In this document: positions 26,001 to 37,998 of the stretch, piece by piece
Layout of the letters: each line of letters begins with the position of its first letter
Numbering within the stretch: the first letter of the stretch is position 1
Assembly: GCF_036365525.1 (NCBI RefSeq)
Contig: NC_090383.1
Location: forward strand, 120,406,531-120,470,530
Length of the DNA stretch: 64,000 nt
Source of the DNA: Heterodontus francisci
Lineage: Eukaryota
Direction: 5' to 3'
Made by a program: the position numbers and the translations under genes
Notes under the pieces: generated by a model
What the model saw: only the letters and a program-made list of their open reading frames with translations
What the model was told of the DNA's origin: nothing
Database searches by the model: none

Positions 26001-27566
26001 GAGTTACACTAGAACCAGTCCTCCCTCTGGAACTGAGTTACACTAGAACCAGTCCTCCCTCTGGAACTGGGTTACACTGGAACCAACTCTCCTTCTGTAA
26101 CTGAGTTACACTGGAACCAACCCTCCCTCTGTAACTCAGTTACATTGGAACCAACCCTCCCTCTGGAACCAACCCTCCCTCTGTAACTGAGATATACTGG
26201 AACCAACCCATCCCTTGTAACTGAGTTACACTGGAACCAACCCTCCCTCTGTAACTGAGTTACACTAGAACCAACCCTCCCTCTGGAACTGAGTTACACT
26301 GGAACCAACCCTCCCTCTGGAACTGAGTTGCACTGGAACTGTCCCTACCTCTGGAACTGAGTTGCACTGGAACTGTCCCTACCTCTGGAACTGAGTTACA
26401 CTGGAACCAACCCACCCTCCATAACTGAGTTACACTCAAACTGACCCCCTCTGTAACTGAGTTACACTGGAACCAGCCCTCCCTCTGTAACTGAGTTACA
26501 CTGGAACCAGCCCTCCCTCTGTAACTGAGTTACACTGGAACCAGCCCTCCCTCTATAACTGTGTTACAGTGGAACCAACCCTCCCTCTTTAAATGAGTTA
26601 CACTGGAACCAACTCTCCTTCTGTAACTGAGTTACAGTGGAACCAATCCTGCCTCTGGAACTGAGTTACACTGGAACCAGCCCTCCCTCTGGAACTGAGT
26701 TACACTGGAACCAACCCTCCCTCTGGAATTGAGTTACACTGGAATCTGCCCTCCCTCTGGAACTGAGTTACACTGGAACCAGCCCTCCCTCTGCAACTGA
26801 GTAACTCTCAAACCAACCCTCCCTCTGTAACTCAGTTACATTGGAACCAACCCTCCCTCTGGAACCAACCCTCCCTCTGGAACTGAGTTACACCGGAACC
26901 AACCCTCCCTCTGGAACTGAGTTACACTGGAACCATCCCTCCCTCTGGAACTGAGTTGCACTGGAACCAACCCTCACTCTGGAACTGAGTTACACTGGAA
27001 CCAACCCTCCCTTTGTAAGTGAATTACACTGGAACCAACCCTCCCTCTGTAACTGAGTTACACTGGAACCAGCCCTCCCTCTGCAACTGAGTAACTCTCA
27101 AACCAACCCTCCCTCTGTAACTCAGTTACATTGGAACCAACCCTCCCTCTGGAACCAACCCTCCCTCTGTAACTGAGATATACTGGAACCCACCCACCCT
27201 CTGTAACTGAGTTACCCTGGAACCAACGCTCCTTCTGCAACTGAGTTACACTGGAACCAACCCTCCCTCTGTAACTGAGTTACACTGGAACCAACACTCC
27301 CTCTGTAACTGAGTTACACTGGAACCAACCCTCCCTCTGTAACTGAGTTACACTGGAACCAACCCTCCCTCTGTCACTGAGTTACACTGGAACCAACACT
27401 CCCTCTGTAACTGAGTTACACTGGAACCAACCCTCTCTCTGGAACTGAGTTACACTGGAACCAACCCTCCCTCTGTAACTGAGTTACACTGGAACCAACC
27501 CTCCCTCTGGAACTGAGTTACACTGGAACCAACCCTGTTTATAAACAGGTTACATTGGAACCAACT
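23001..27566. repeat. 34-bp satellite (~130 units) containing a 15-bp palindrome
   Basis: Unit ctgtaactgagttacactggaaccaa(t/c)cctcc(t/c)t; TGTAACT-G-AGTTACA palindrome; near-homogeneous core ~23570-24440. Confidence 0.95.
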
Positions 27567-28039
27567 ATGTGTTTGACAGGGAACTAGCCGTCACCACACC
27601 TAATGTTCCCATTGGTGAAGCACTTGGATGAAGCAGTAGGATTGGCTGGAATAGGCACATATCGTAGAACATCACCAAGGAGACATGATGCAACAGGAAA
27701 CACTAAACTCACAGAGAAGGAATTCAATTGCTATTAATTAACTCCATTTCCTCCCCAATGTATCTCCTGATTTTGTTCAATGATTTTCCACTCAGCAAAG
27801 GTTGAGTCTCGATGACCATTGATGTAACCCAGACAGCAATGTTGGTGACAATGTTGGACCCACTTAATTGTCTACATTTGAACAGAAGGATTAGTTGAAT
27901 GAGTGGCTCAGGCATTTGTCTGAAGGTCATTAGGATGGGTATGTGGTCCACAAGGCATTTTGGATTCACAGTCTCTCAGCATCAGTATATTACACTGGAT
28001 TTAGTTGTGTGTTGGTTTCCTTCTCCTTCTTCTCCATGG

Positions 28040-28125
28040 TTAGACATCTTTCCATAGCAAAGCTGTGCAGCATAAAGCAGATCAGAATGCTCTCTGAGAC
28101 CCTGTTGGGGCTGTATGGATTTCTC
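28040..28125 (-). mobile_element. Degraded PIF/Harbinger transposase C-terminal relic
   Basis: Minus strand YSPNRVSESILICFMLHSFAMER resembles the Harbinger/HARBI1 motif QYSPxKVxxIIxACCVLHN. Confidence 0.5.
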
Positions 28126-28276
28126 AACACACAAACTATGTGTATTGGTTATTCTACCAAACAGAATCCAGTGGCCTGGGCTAATTGTCCAGAGAACACG
28201 AGTTCAAATATCACCAAGGCAATTTGAGAGTTTGACTATTTTTTAAATCTGGAAATAAAAAGCTGGTCTCAGAAAG

Positions 28277-29070
28277 GGAATCATAGAAAGTTTAAGGCAC
28301 AGAAAGAGATCACTTGTCCCATCATGTCTGTGTCGGCCGAAAAACTATCCACCCAGCCTAATCCCACCTTCCAGCATTTGGTCCGTAGCTCTGCAGGTTA
28401 CAGCACTTGAGGTGCATATCCAGACGTCTTTTAAATGAGTTGAGGGTTTCTGCCTCAACTACCCTTTCAGGCAGTGAGTTACAGACCCCCACCACCCTCT
28501 GGGTGAAACAGCTTTTCCTCATCTTCCCTGTATTCTTTCTACCAATCACTTTAAATCTATGGCCCCTCATCACTGACCTCTCTGCTAAGGTGAATAGACC
28601 CTTCACATCCCCTCTATCTAGGCCCCTCACAATTTTGTACATTTCAATCAGATCTCCCCTCAGCCTTCTCTATTCCAAGGAGAACAACCCCAGCCTATCC
28701 AATCTTTCCTCATAGCTGCATTTTCCCAGTCCTGGCAACATCCTCGTAAATCTCCGCTGTACCCTCTCTAGTGCAATTACATCCTTTCTGTAATGAGGTG
28801 ACCAGAACTAGAGCGTGGCTGCCTGACCTGAACTTGCCTTTTGGTCAGGGAGGGAAAGGGAAGTAAGGGTAAGAGTCATTAATTTCCGGTAGTCGGGTCA
28901 GGTCGGGCATGGGAAAAAACCAAAGGACTCGGGCCCGGGTCAGGTTCGGGTTGGACGTGATCGGGGCGGGTTTCAATTGTATACCCAAGCAGGCCTTTTA
29001 CCAGAACTGCACACACTGTTCAAGTTGTGGCCTAACGAATGATTTATACAGTTCTCGCATAACCTCGAAG
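28277..29070 (-). mobile_element. CR1 3' fragment inserted in a SINE, itself containing a hAT-like MITE (28809-28999)
   Basis: ORF 28358-28642 is the CR1 C-terminus; 8-bp duplication accagaac flanks a tagag...ggccttt element with cgggtc repeats. Confidence 0.75.
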
Positions 29071-29303
29071 TATGAAGCTTTGGGATTGTCATAAAAATCC
29101 AACTGGTTCACTAATGTCCTTGAGGGAAGGAAACCTGCTGTCTTTACCAAGTATGGCCTGACACAGACTATCAGTCACCATAAACTGGTACATTCTCCAT
29201 GGCAACACCTCTACCAATCAGAGTTCACTTGCCAACCAATCAGCACTCTCTTCTCATACAGTATAAATTGTTGTTTTCCCTTACATTTGGTTATTCTTGC
29301 GGA

Positions 29304-29339
29304 TTGTCCTGATGAGTGCAAGATGAAAAGTTTCAACAA
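29304..29339 (+). ncRNA. Degenerate minimal hammerhead ribozyme motif in a Penelope-like terminus
   Basis: ttgtc-CTGATGA-gtgcaagat-GAAA-agt-ttc-aacaa; stems II and III imperfect. Confidence 0.45.
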
Positions 29340-29590
29340 CATGTCTTTATTTTCAGCAATACTCAAGTTCTGTACTACCAAATGACTAATTGTGAGCATA
29401 CTTAGAATCATGGGGTTCTTTTTGTGCGTTCAAATCATTTCAGCAGAAATAAAGCTGAAATTCATCATGTTGGAAAGGCTGTCTCCCACAGCTACCAACT
29501 TTACAACATCTTTGTCTTTGGGCTCTGCCTTGAACAATTAGTAAACCAAATAACTTCCCCCCACCGCCATTCTAACAAAGCAGACAAATG

Positions 29591-29791
29591 TTATACTTTA
29601 GAGAATATAACAGCCCTGGTCAGGTCATTATTTTTTTTTTCACATGGCTCCACCATGCACGGTATTGCTGAGCTTGCAGTAAGAGTCTCTGTAACATCCT
29701 CCCATGCCACCATGTGGATCTTCCTTGGAGCCCCCATCCTCACGGTCCCCAGCAACCGTTTATGCCTCTTCACTAAATCCAGGAGCATCAC
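29591..29791 (-). mobile_element. Harbinger Myb/SANT-like (trihelix) ORF relic
   Basis: LLDLVKRHKRLL...AWEDVTETLTASSAIPCMVEPCEKKNNDLTR fits the MSANTD/NAIF1-like pattern W..VA..V......R...QC.KK..DL. Confidence 0.6.
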
Positions 29792-30746
29792 AGTTCTTTA
29801 TGGCCAAAGTTCTGTAACCTCTCTCATTCCCTTCTTTGGAAATTTTATGGGAAAAAAGTGTGCATGAAAAACAGTTAATTACTTTTTACAATGCAGTTTC
29901 ATATTTTAGTTACTTTTGAAAGTTGATTTCAGGTCATTTCAGAAGTTGTAGGTTACTCACCTCCCAGTGTCACAGCTTAACCGAGATACGGTATCCGTTT
30001 TCTGATTTGAATCTTGCCATATGGTTGCTCTGTGAGCTGGTTGGTTCATGAGGTTCCTGTGTGATACTGACATTGCTGCACCATTGTCGTTTCAGCAATT
30101 AACGATGCAAATATAGTGCAATGCCAATAGTGAGCTAAAAAGACGCATTAATGTCGCTGTTCATGAGACTGGCATTGCAGCAATTTCTGACCACATGTTT
30201 CCTTAGATTTCAATTTAACCCCTTCAAGTGCAGACCATATCCTCTGGTTCTATCTTTTCCCCTCCCCCTCCCCCGTGTAGGCTTCAGGCTGTTGAGACTG
30301 AAAAGGCTGTCGCTCTGTTGATCTTTGGGGATGTTCTGTCCCTTTAACTGTCTGGCTGCCTCTTCTCGTGCTGCAGACACTCTCCAATTCTAATTCCCAC
30401 GTCGGCTTTGAATTGTGAGGAATTCTCTCCCACTATTAACCATCCAGTAAAGAGAATTCCAATCTGGGAGAAGTAAGTTTGTTTTAGACAGCTGTTCCAC
30501 AGTGTGAGATCTACATTGCTCTTCACTATTATATCAGCACATCTGTACTGCTGACATCAGCAGACCGTCACTCCCAGGATCTTTATTGTTTCCTATGAAC
30601 CAGTAACAAAATAACACAACTAGTGCAGTCTCACAATGCTTTCTCTGTTTAACACCTAATCTGTGCTACCTGGACTGCCCTTTTGAACACTGGAAACACT
30701 TCAGATGGGATTATAAGTTATTGATATTTTTCTCTTCGTGGTGCAG

Positions 30747-31082
30747 TTGTCCCAGTTCTTATCCAGTCTCCGAGCCTCCGTGTCACAGAGGGTCACACAG
30801 CGCGGTTACAGTGCACCATGTGGAACACCGCAGTGAGAGACACTGATGTTCACTGGTACCGGGAGCTACCAGGACAAAATATGGAGTGGATTTTAACACA
30901 TGATATAATGAACAGCACACGACAGAGCCCAGGTTTCACTGACCGTTTCCAGTCTTCCAGAGACACCTCCAATAACAGCTTCATTCTGACAATCACAAAC
31001 GTGCAGCCCAATGACACTGCCGTCTATTACTGTAAAGTGTGGGGAGATATCAGTGGGAATGGAACCCAGATCATTGTAACCA
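30747..31082 (+). CDS. Germline-joined VJ-type Ig V-set exon, open reading frame
   Basis: Acceptor gtgcag, donor a|gtaaga, 336 nt phase 1-1: VPVLIQSPSLRVTEGHTARLQCTMWNTAVRDTDVHWYRELPGQNMEWILTHDIMNSTRQSPGFTDRFQSSRDTSNNSFILTITNVQPNDTAVYYCKVWGDISGNGTQIIVT; has both canonical Cys, the WYR motif, DTAVYYC and J-like GxGT. Confidence 0.9.
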
Positions 31083-31994
31083 GTAAGAACAGTTTACATT
31101 ACAGTAGCCTGAATTAATAATGAATGTATCGGAGATCAGTGTGTGATAATTGCCATAAACTCCTGTGGTAAACAGAACACAGTTATTTCTATAAAGAATA
31201 GACTAGTTGATCTCCTCTGGCTTTGCTCACAGAATAAAAAAAATGTGCATCTCCTCTTGAACCAGTTTCCCAAACTTATTCTTTGTTTTTTTTTTGCCAT
31301 TTACTCTCTCTAACCTAGGAATAGGGCTGTCGCTCAACCCCTTCCACTCCTGAATGGAGAGACCCAGGGCTCCCCAGATATTGGGCCTCTACGTCAGTGA
31401 ATGCAGGGGTCAGAGGTCAGGAGCAGAGTGGGTAGATTAGGGTCGGGGTTTTTTTTTTTAACTCATTCACAGAATGTGAGCATTGCTGGCAAGACCAGCA
31501 TTTATTGCCCATACCCTTGAGAAGATGGTGCTGAGCTGCTTCTTGAACCACTGCAGTCCATGTGGGGTAGCTACAGAGTGCTTTCTGTAGCAGTTTTATA
31601 CAACTGAGTGGCTTGCTAGGCCATTTCAGAGGGCAGTTAGGAGTCAATCACATTGCTGTGGGTCTTGAGTCACACGTAGAGCAGACTGGGTAAGATTTCC
31701 ATCACTGAGACATTAGTGAACCAGATGCGTTTTTACAACAATCCATTATTAATGAGACTAGCATTTTATTCCAGATTTATTAATTGAATTTAAATTCCCC
31801 CAGCTGCTGTGGTGGGATTTGAACTCATGCCTCCGAGCATTAGTCCAGCCTCTGGGTTACTAGTCCAGTGATATTACCACAATGTTACCATTCCCCTGAT
31901 TGGGATCAGCGAGGATATTGAGGTCAGGAGTCAGGAACAGTGGGTTAAGAGAGGAATCGGAGTTCGGGAGCAGAGCAAGGTCATCAAGGTAAGG

Positions 31995-32475
31995 GTTTTT
32001 TTTTTATTCATTCATGGGATGTGGGCGTCGCTGGCCAGGCCAGCATTTATTGCCCATCTCTAACTGCCCTTGAGAAGGTGGTGGTGAGCTGCCTTCTTGA
32101 ACCGCTGCAGTCCGTGTGGGGTAGGTATACCCACAGTGCTGTTAGGAAGGGAGTTCCAGGATTTTGACCCAGCGACAGTGAAGGAACGGCGATATAGTTC
32201 CAAGTCAGGATGGTGTGTGACTTGGAGGGGAACTTGCACGTGATGGTGTTCCCATGTATTTGCTGCCCTTGTTGTGTGGAGGTTGCGGGTTTGGAAGGTG
32301 CTGTCTAAGGAGCCTTGGTGCATTGCTGCAGTGCATCTTGTAGATGGTACACACTGCTGCCACTGTGCGTCAGTGGTGGAGGGAGTGAATGTTTGTTAAT
32401 GGGGTGCCAATCAAGCGGGCTGCTTTGTCCTGGATGGTGTCGAACTTCTTGAATGTTGGAAATGCACCCATCCAC
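31995..32475 (-). mobile_element. 3' fragment of the LINE family seen at 58640-61060
   Basis: Reverse-complement match to ~60585-61050; another fragment at ~10255-10580 (+). Confidence 0.8.
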
Positions 32476-33326
32476 CATGGAGGGAAGAACCAGGGATATA
32501 TTCTTTAAAAGTTGTTGAAATGTGAATCTGCAGGATTAATTTGTGAGTAAGTTATTAGGAAGTTCTCCAGGTCATACAATGGATTAAAAAGATGCAGAAT
32601 GGTGGAACACGCACAGCTTACTCTTCCTCAATTCCAGCTAGATGCCTGGGTCAGCTGATACAGATTTACAGGACTAATAATTCAGACAGTGTAAATTTAA
32701 ATCCCACCAAGGCAGTTACAGATTTTGAATTCAATTAAGAAAAAATCTGAAATTAAAAGTCTGGTACCAAATATATTAAAACCATTACAATGGTTCACGC
32801 TGAAGGGGAGCCCACCCTCATCTTCTCAGGTAACTAGGAACGAGCAATAAATGCCAGCCTTGCCAGTGACACCGACCTCCCCAACCCTGTCTATTCCAAA
32901 CCAGGTGCCAATGATCCTCTGACAGGATTGTTTGTCATTGATGTAAATTGTTAAATTCTAGTCACATTTTTAATTTCACTTTTTATTTAAAATTCTGAAG
33001 TTTTATGAAGTGTACAAAATCAGCCCATGTCGAACCCTTTAATATAACCAAAGAGTTAAACAGCAAGACTTCCACATTTGTGCTAGCTTCTGAACCACAG
33101 TGACCTCACCAGACTAATGAGGGGAGCACAGAACAAACCCACACCTCGTGGATCTGACACCATGCCAAGTGTGGGACTGGCAGCAGTCCAGAAAGCAGAT
33201 ATCACAGAACCACCAAGGCTTGTTGTCCCCAATAAAGTCTGAGGACGAAGGTGCATAACCCACGCAAATGTCTAAATTTTATGTAACTATTTCTATCTGA
33301 ACATTAGAAAAACGACTGTGTCTGGA

Positions 33327-33422
33327 ATAAAAACAAAAAAATGCTGGAAATACTCAGCAGGTCTGGCAGCATCTATGGAGAGAGAAACAGAGTTAACGTT
33401 TCAGGTCAGTGACCTTTCATCA
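33327..33422 (-). mobile_element. ~100-bp Penelope-like insertion with minimal hammerhead ribozyme and 13-bp TSD
   Basis: TSD gactgtgtctgga at 33314-33326 and 33423-33435; minus strand CTGATGA-a-aggtca-c-tgacct-GAAA-cg-tt-aact. Confidence 0.7.
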
Positions 33423-34959
33423 GACTGTGTCTGGACATCTTCTGGGCCCTTGTATCAGATGGACCTGCTTTTAAAAATACTTTTGCTGGTTTCACTACCC
33501 ACAGACTCACTGTTACCGATCAGAATTGGTCGTAAAATTACTGACACACCTCAAGTTCACTGTACTCATATTTATTTTTTATATAAATATATAAAAAAAT
33601 GTAATTCATATTCTGATAATTTAAAGGCCTTCATAAAATTCAGAATGTTGTTTGATTATATCTTCATTTCTTTTATGAATTATTAAAGCTTTTTTTAAGA
33701 CAAAGCATGCATACAATTTTACATTGTAGCCTTGGGCCTGGTTCAGATTCCAACGTGCCCCAGCTACTGGGTATCAGAGCAGAGGGAGGGGTATTAGTGG
33801 GGGCCAGGGAAAGTGGGACAGAGGTGAGGAGTGTCTCCTCTCGCTGTCCAATCTATTTAACCAGTCCCTTTAAAACCGTTAGTTTATACAAGCTTGCAGC
33901 AGACATTTTATCCAGACTCCCTTCCTGTGACATGCCCAAGAGAGTGAGAGGACTAGGTATTATATACAAACACAGGGCAGTGGAAGCACAGCATCTTTTA
34001 CTTCAGTACTCTACCTGATCAGGAGAGGATCTTAGTCTTTTTCACTTTGACTGCTAGGAGAATCCTACACAACGTCCGGGCCACAATCTGAAACCTGTGG
34101 GACATTTGGAGCAGAGGGACATGTAGCAGTACCTCGAACCCACCTCTGGAGAAGGTTGGCACGAGTACAGGGCAGACAGATGCTCAAATCCTTAGATGCC
34201 ATGCCAGTTAGTACAGGGCATCCACTGACCCCTCCAAACAGCTCACCTCGCAAATTAAACAACCCAGCAACTTGTGAAGCTGTGACCGAGTGTCACTGGC
34301 ACAGTGTCAGAGTCTATTAACTGGTTCACTGGGTGGGAGTAGGGAATGTCAGCTGGTCACAGCCACAGCTGGTGATAACCGTGTCAGGATAATGCAGGAT
34401 CTGAAAGTGTTCTCCAGCACCAGCCTACTCACACCGCAGGCCCATGGAGACTGCACACAGCCTCTCATTGGCTCCTCAGTCACATGCACCAAACATTTTA
34501 AAAACATTCCATCATTTCCCACTGGGAAAAAAAAACTTATTCCACAAAAGAGCAAAAAAAGCAGAAGATCTGACAGCAATCTTACAAACACTAATATTGA
34601 GAGGTCTGGATGAAGGCTCAAACCCAGAGAGCAGGTGAGGAATTAGTGACGGATGATGTCACAAATGAGGATATATGGACGGGAAGACAGATCAGGACAA
34701 AATTCCTGATTTTCTTTTTACCCAGTGTAGAGATGGTGATGTCACCAACTGTTCCCAGATTCTGGGCAAATTAAGCACATGTTTCTGAATTTTGAGCACC
34801 TTTTAACAGCTGTAAATAATAAACCTCATTGTCTGCCCTCCTCTCTCCAGTCAAACTCCACTCCACATAGTTACAGTGGGGCCACTCTTTTTTTTAATAA
34901 TCATCCAGATCTAAAATAAATAGTCCAGCATCAGAAACAATGAGCTGTGGAGAGTAAAA

Positions 34960-37900
34960 CCTTCAACAAATAGAGCTTGGAAGGAGATTTGATCATATAG
35001 AAGAGTATAACTGAAGGAAAATGATGGCGAGGTGCAAGAATTATAGAGTAGTTATAATGGGGGATTGAATTATCCAAATATAGACTGGGATAGTAACAGT
35101 GTAAAGGGCAGCAAATGGGAAGAGGTTCTCAAGTGTAGGATAATTTTCTCCATCAGTATGTCTCCAGTCCAGAGGAAGCAGCATTGCTGGATCTGGTTCT
35201 GGGGCATGAGCTGGGTCGAGTGACTCAGGTATCAGTCGGGAAACATTGAGGGGACAGTGACCATAGCTTCATAAGGTTCAGGTTGGCTATGGAAAAGGAC
35301 AAGGAGCAATCCAGAGTAAAGATAATTAATTGGGGAAGGCCAACTTCAATGGGGTGAGAACAGATCTGGCCCACATAAATGATAATCAAAGACTAGAAGG
35401 CAAAACTGTAATGGAACAATGGGCTGCCTTTGAAGTGGAGATGGTACGGGTACAGTCACGGTATATTATCATGAGGAAAAGTTGGGCAAACAAATCCAGA
35501 GCTCCCTGGACGACAAAAGAGATAGAGAGTAAAGATGAAGCAGTAAAAGGGAGCATATGACAGACATCAGGTTGACTATACAATTGAGAACCAGGCAGAA
35601 TATAGGAAGTTCAGAGGGGAAGCGAAAAAAGAAATAAGAGAAACAAAGAGAGATCATAAGAAGAGACTGACAGTTAACATAAAAGGGAATCCAAAAGTCT
35701 TCTATATGCATATAAATAGTAAAAGAGTGGTAAACGGAGGAATGAGGCATAACACATGGAGGCTGAGGGTATGGTTGAGGTACTAAATGAGTACTTTGCA
35801 TCTGTCTTTACCAAGGAAGAAGGTGATGTACAAGTCAGGGTGAAGGAGGAGGTAATTGATAAAAGATAAGCTGGCTGTAAAGTTAATAAGTCACCAGGAC
35901 CAGGTCAGATGCATTGAGGATATGGAGGGAAGTGTGGATAGAAATGGTGAGGCACTGGTCAGAATCTTCCAATCCTCCTTAGATACAGGGGTGAAGCCAG
36001 ACAACTGGAGAACTGCAAATGGTACACTCACGTTCAGAGATAAGTGTATGGATAAACCCAGCAATTTCGGGCCAGTCAGTTTAACGTTACTAGTGGAATA
36101 GCTATCAGAAACGAGAATCCGGGACAAAATTAACAGTCACTTGGACAAATGTGGATTAATTAAGGAAAGCCAGGATGGATTTGTTCAGGGCAAATCGCGT
36201 TGAACTAATTTGACTGAGTTTTTTGATGAGATAACAGAGAGAGTTGATATGGTGTACATGGACTTCCAAAAGGCGTTTGATAAAGTGCCACATAATAGGC
36301 TTGTCAGCAAAGTTGAAGCCAGTGAAATAAATGGGGCACAGGCAGCACGGATATGAAGTTGGCTGAGTGACAGAAAACAGAGAGTAGTGGTGAATGGACT
36401 GTAGGACGATATATAGTGGGGTTCCCCAGAGGTTGTTATTAAGGCCACTGCTTTTCTTGATCTATATTAATGAGCCAGACTTAGGTATATGGGGCACAAT
36501 TTCAAAATTTGCAGATGACACAAAACTTGGAAGTATTGTGAACTGTGAGGAGGATAGTGATAAACTTCAAGAGGACAGAGACAGGCTGGTGGAATGGGTA
36601 GACACATGGTAGGTGAAATTTAGTGGAGAGAAGAGTGAAGTGATACATTTTGAGAGGAAGAACTAGGCGACGCAATATAAAACAAAGGACAGAGTTCTAA
36701 CGGGGCTGTAGGAACAAAGAGACCTGGGGGTATATGTGTACAAATTGTTCAAGGTGGCAGGGCAGGTTAATAAAATAAGAATACAGGATCCTGGGCTTTA
36801 TAAATCGAGGCGCAGAGTACAAAAGCAAGGAAGTTATGGTGAACCATTACAAACACTGTTTCAGCCTCAACTGCAGTATTGGGATGAATTTTATAAGCAG
36901 AGTCAGGACCCCAATGTTAGGATAAAAAGTGGTTTCCAAGCCTGCACTTGTCAGCAAAAAGACCTGCTCAGGAATTCTACCAGCTAATTGGCCACCTACG
37001 GGCCTGCCGTCCAATTCAGGGCAGCAGGCAGGTTCCCAGTGCTGCAGGCCCAGAGCACCCAGAGATGCCTCAGTGGCACCATTGGGAGAGATGGTTGTTG
37101 TTGCAGGAAGCAGGAGAACTCAGCAGCTCGGAAGGTAAGAACATTTTTTTTTCAATAATGGGGCCCATTTTCAAGAGGGAAAACTCTGGGGAAATTGTTG
37201 AGGCTGGGGCAGTGTCTTCCTTGCCTGTGGCCCTCTCTTTGCTCTATTAAACCTACCTGCTGTGGGCTGTCACGGGGAAGCTGCTTCCATTTAGCTGGCA
37301 GCTTCTCCACATTACACCACATGGCCCCTAATTGGGTCTTTAATTATGTAAATTGGCTGCCTGCCTCCCAGTCCCTCCGCTTCTGGTCCTGCCGTCGGTA
37401 AAATGCCCCGACAGTGGAACTGCATCGAGGAACCAATCCAACGTGATTCTCCATGGCTTTACCAACTCCCACCCCCTCCAGCCCACATCTGGCAAAATCC
37501 TGGCTACTGTGTTCATTCTGGGCACCAAATTTTAGGAAGGATATGAAGGCATTAGAGAGGGCGCAGAAAAGATTGATGAGGATGTTTTCAGGGATGAGAG
37601 ACTTCAGTTAGAAGGATAGATTGGAGAAGCTGGGCCTGTTCCCTTAGAGAAGATTAAAAGAAGATTTTAGAGGTTTTCAATCATTAGGGGTCTAGATAGA
37701 GTAGATAGGGAGAAACTTGTTCCCATTGGCTGAAGGATCGAGAACCAGAGGTGACATGAGGAAAAACGTTTTTACACAGCGAGTGGTTAGGATTTGGAAT
37801 GCTCTGTCTGAGAGTGAGGTGGAGGCAGGTTCAATCGAGGTCTTCAAAAGGGAATTGGATAATTATCTGAAGAGAAAATTTGCAGGGTTACAGGGGAAAG

Positions 37901-37998
37901 GCAGGAGAGTGGGACTAGGTGAGTTGCTTTTACAGAGTTGGCACAGACATGATGGGCCGAATGGCCTCCTCCTGTGCAGTAATCATTCTACCATTCTA
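34960..37998 (+). mobile_element. Degraded ~3-kb CR1 LINE with a MITE-like insertion (~36880-37505)
   Basis: Collinear EN/RT/C-terminal fragments (GKANFNG, YMDFQKAFDKV, FADDTKLG, FTQRVVRIWNAL) with many stops. Confidence 0.85.

Noticed and set aside
23001-27566. CRISPR-like array of palindromic repeats
   Set aside because: Units are directly tandem with no unique spacers, there are no cas genes, and the context is vertebrate.
29961-30020. Leader exon for the minus-strand V gene (ATG...GAG|GTGAGT)
   Set aside because: In-frame stop, not hydrophobic, and lies within the probable Harbinger relic.
30498-30540. RSS heptamer CACAGTG upstream of the V exon
   Set aside because: No nonamer at 12- or 23-bp spacing, wrong position, and the V exon already contains its J strand.
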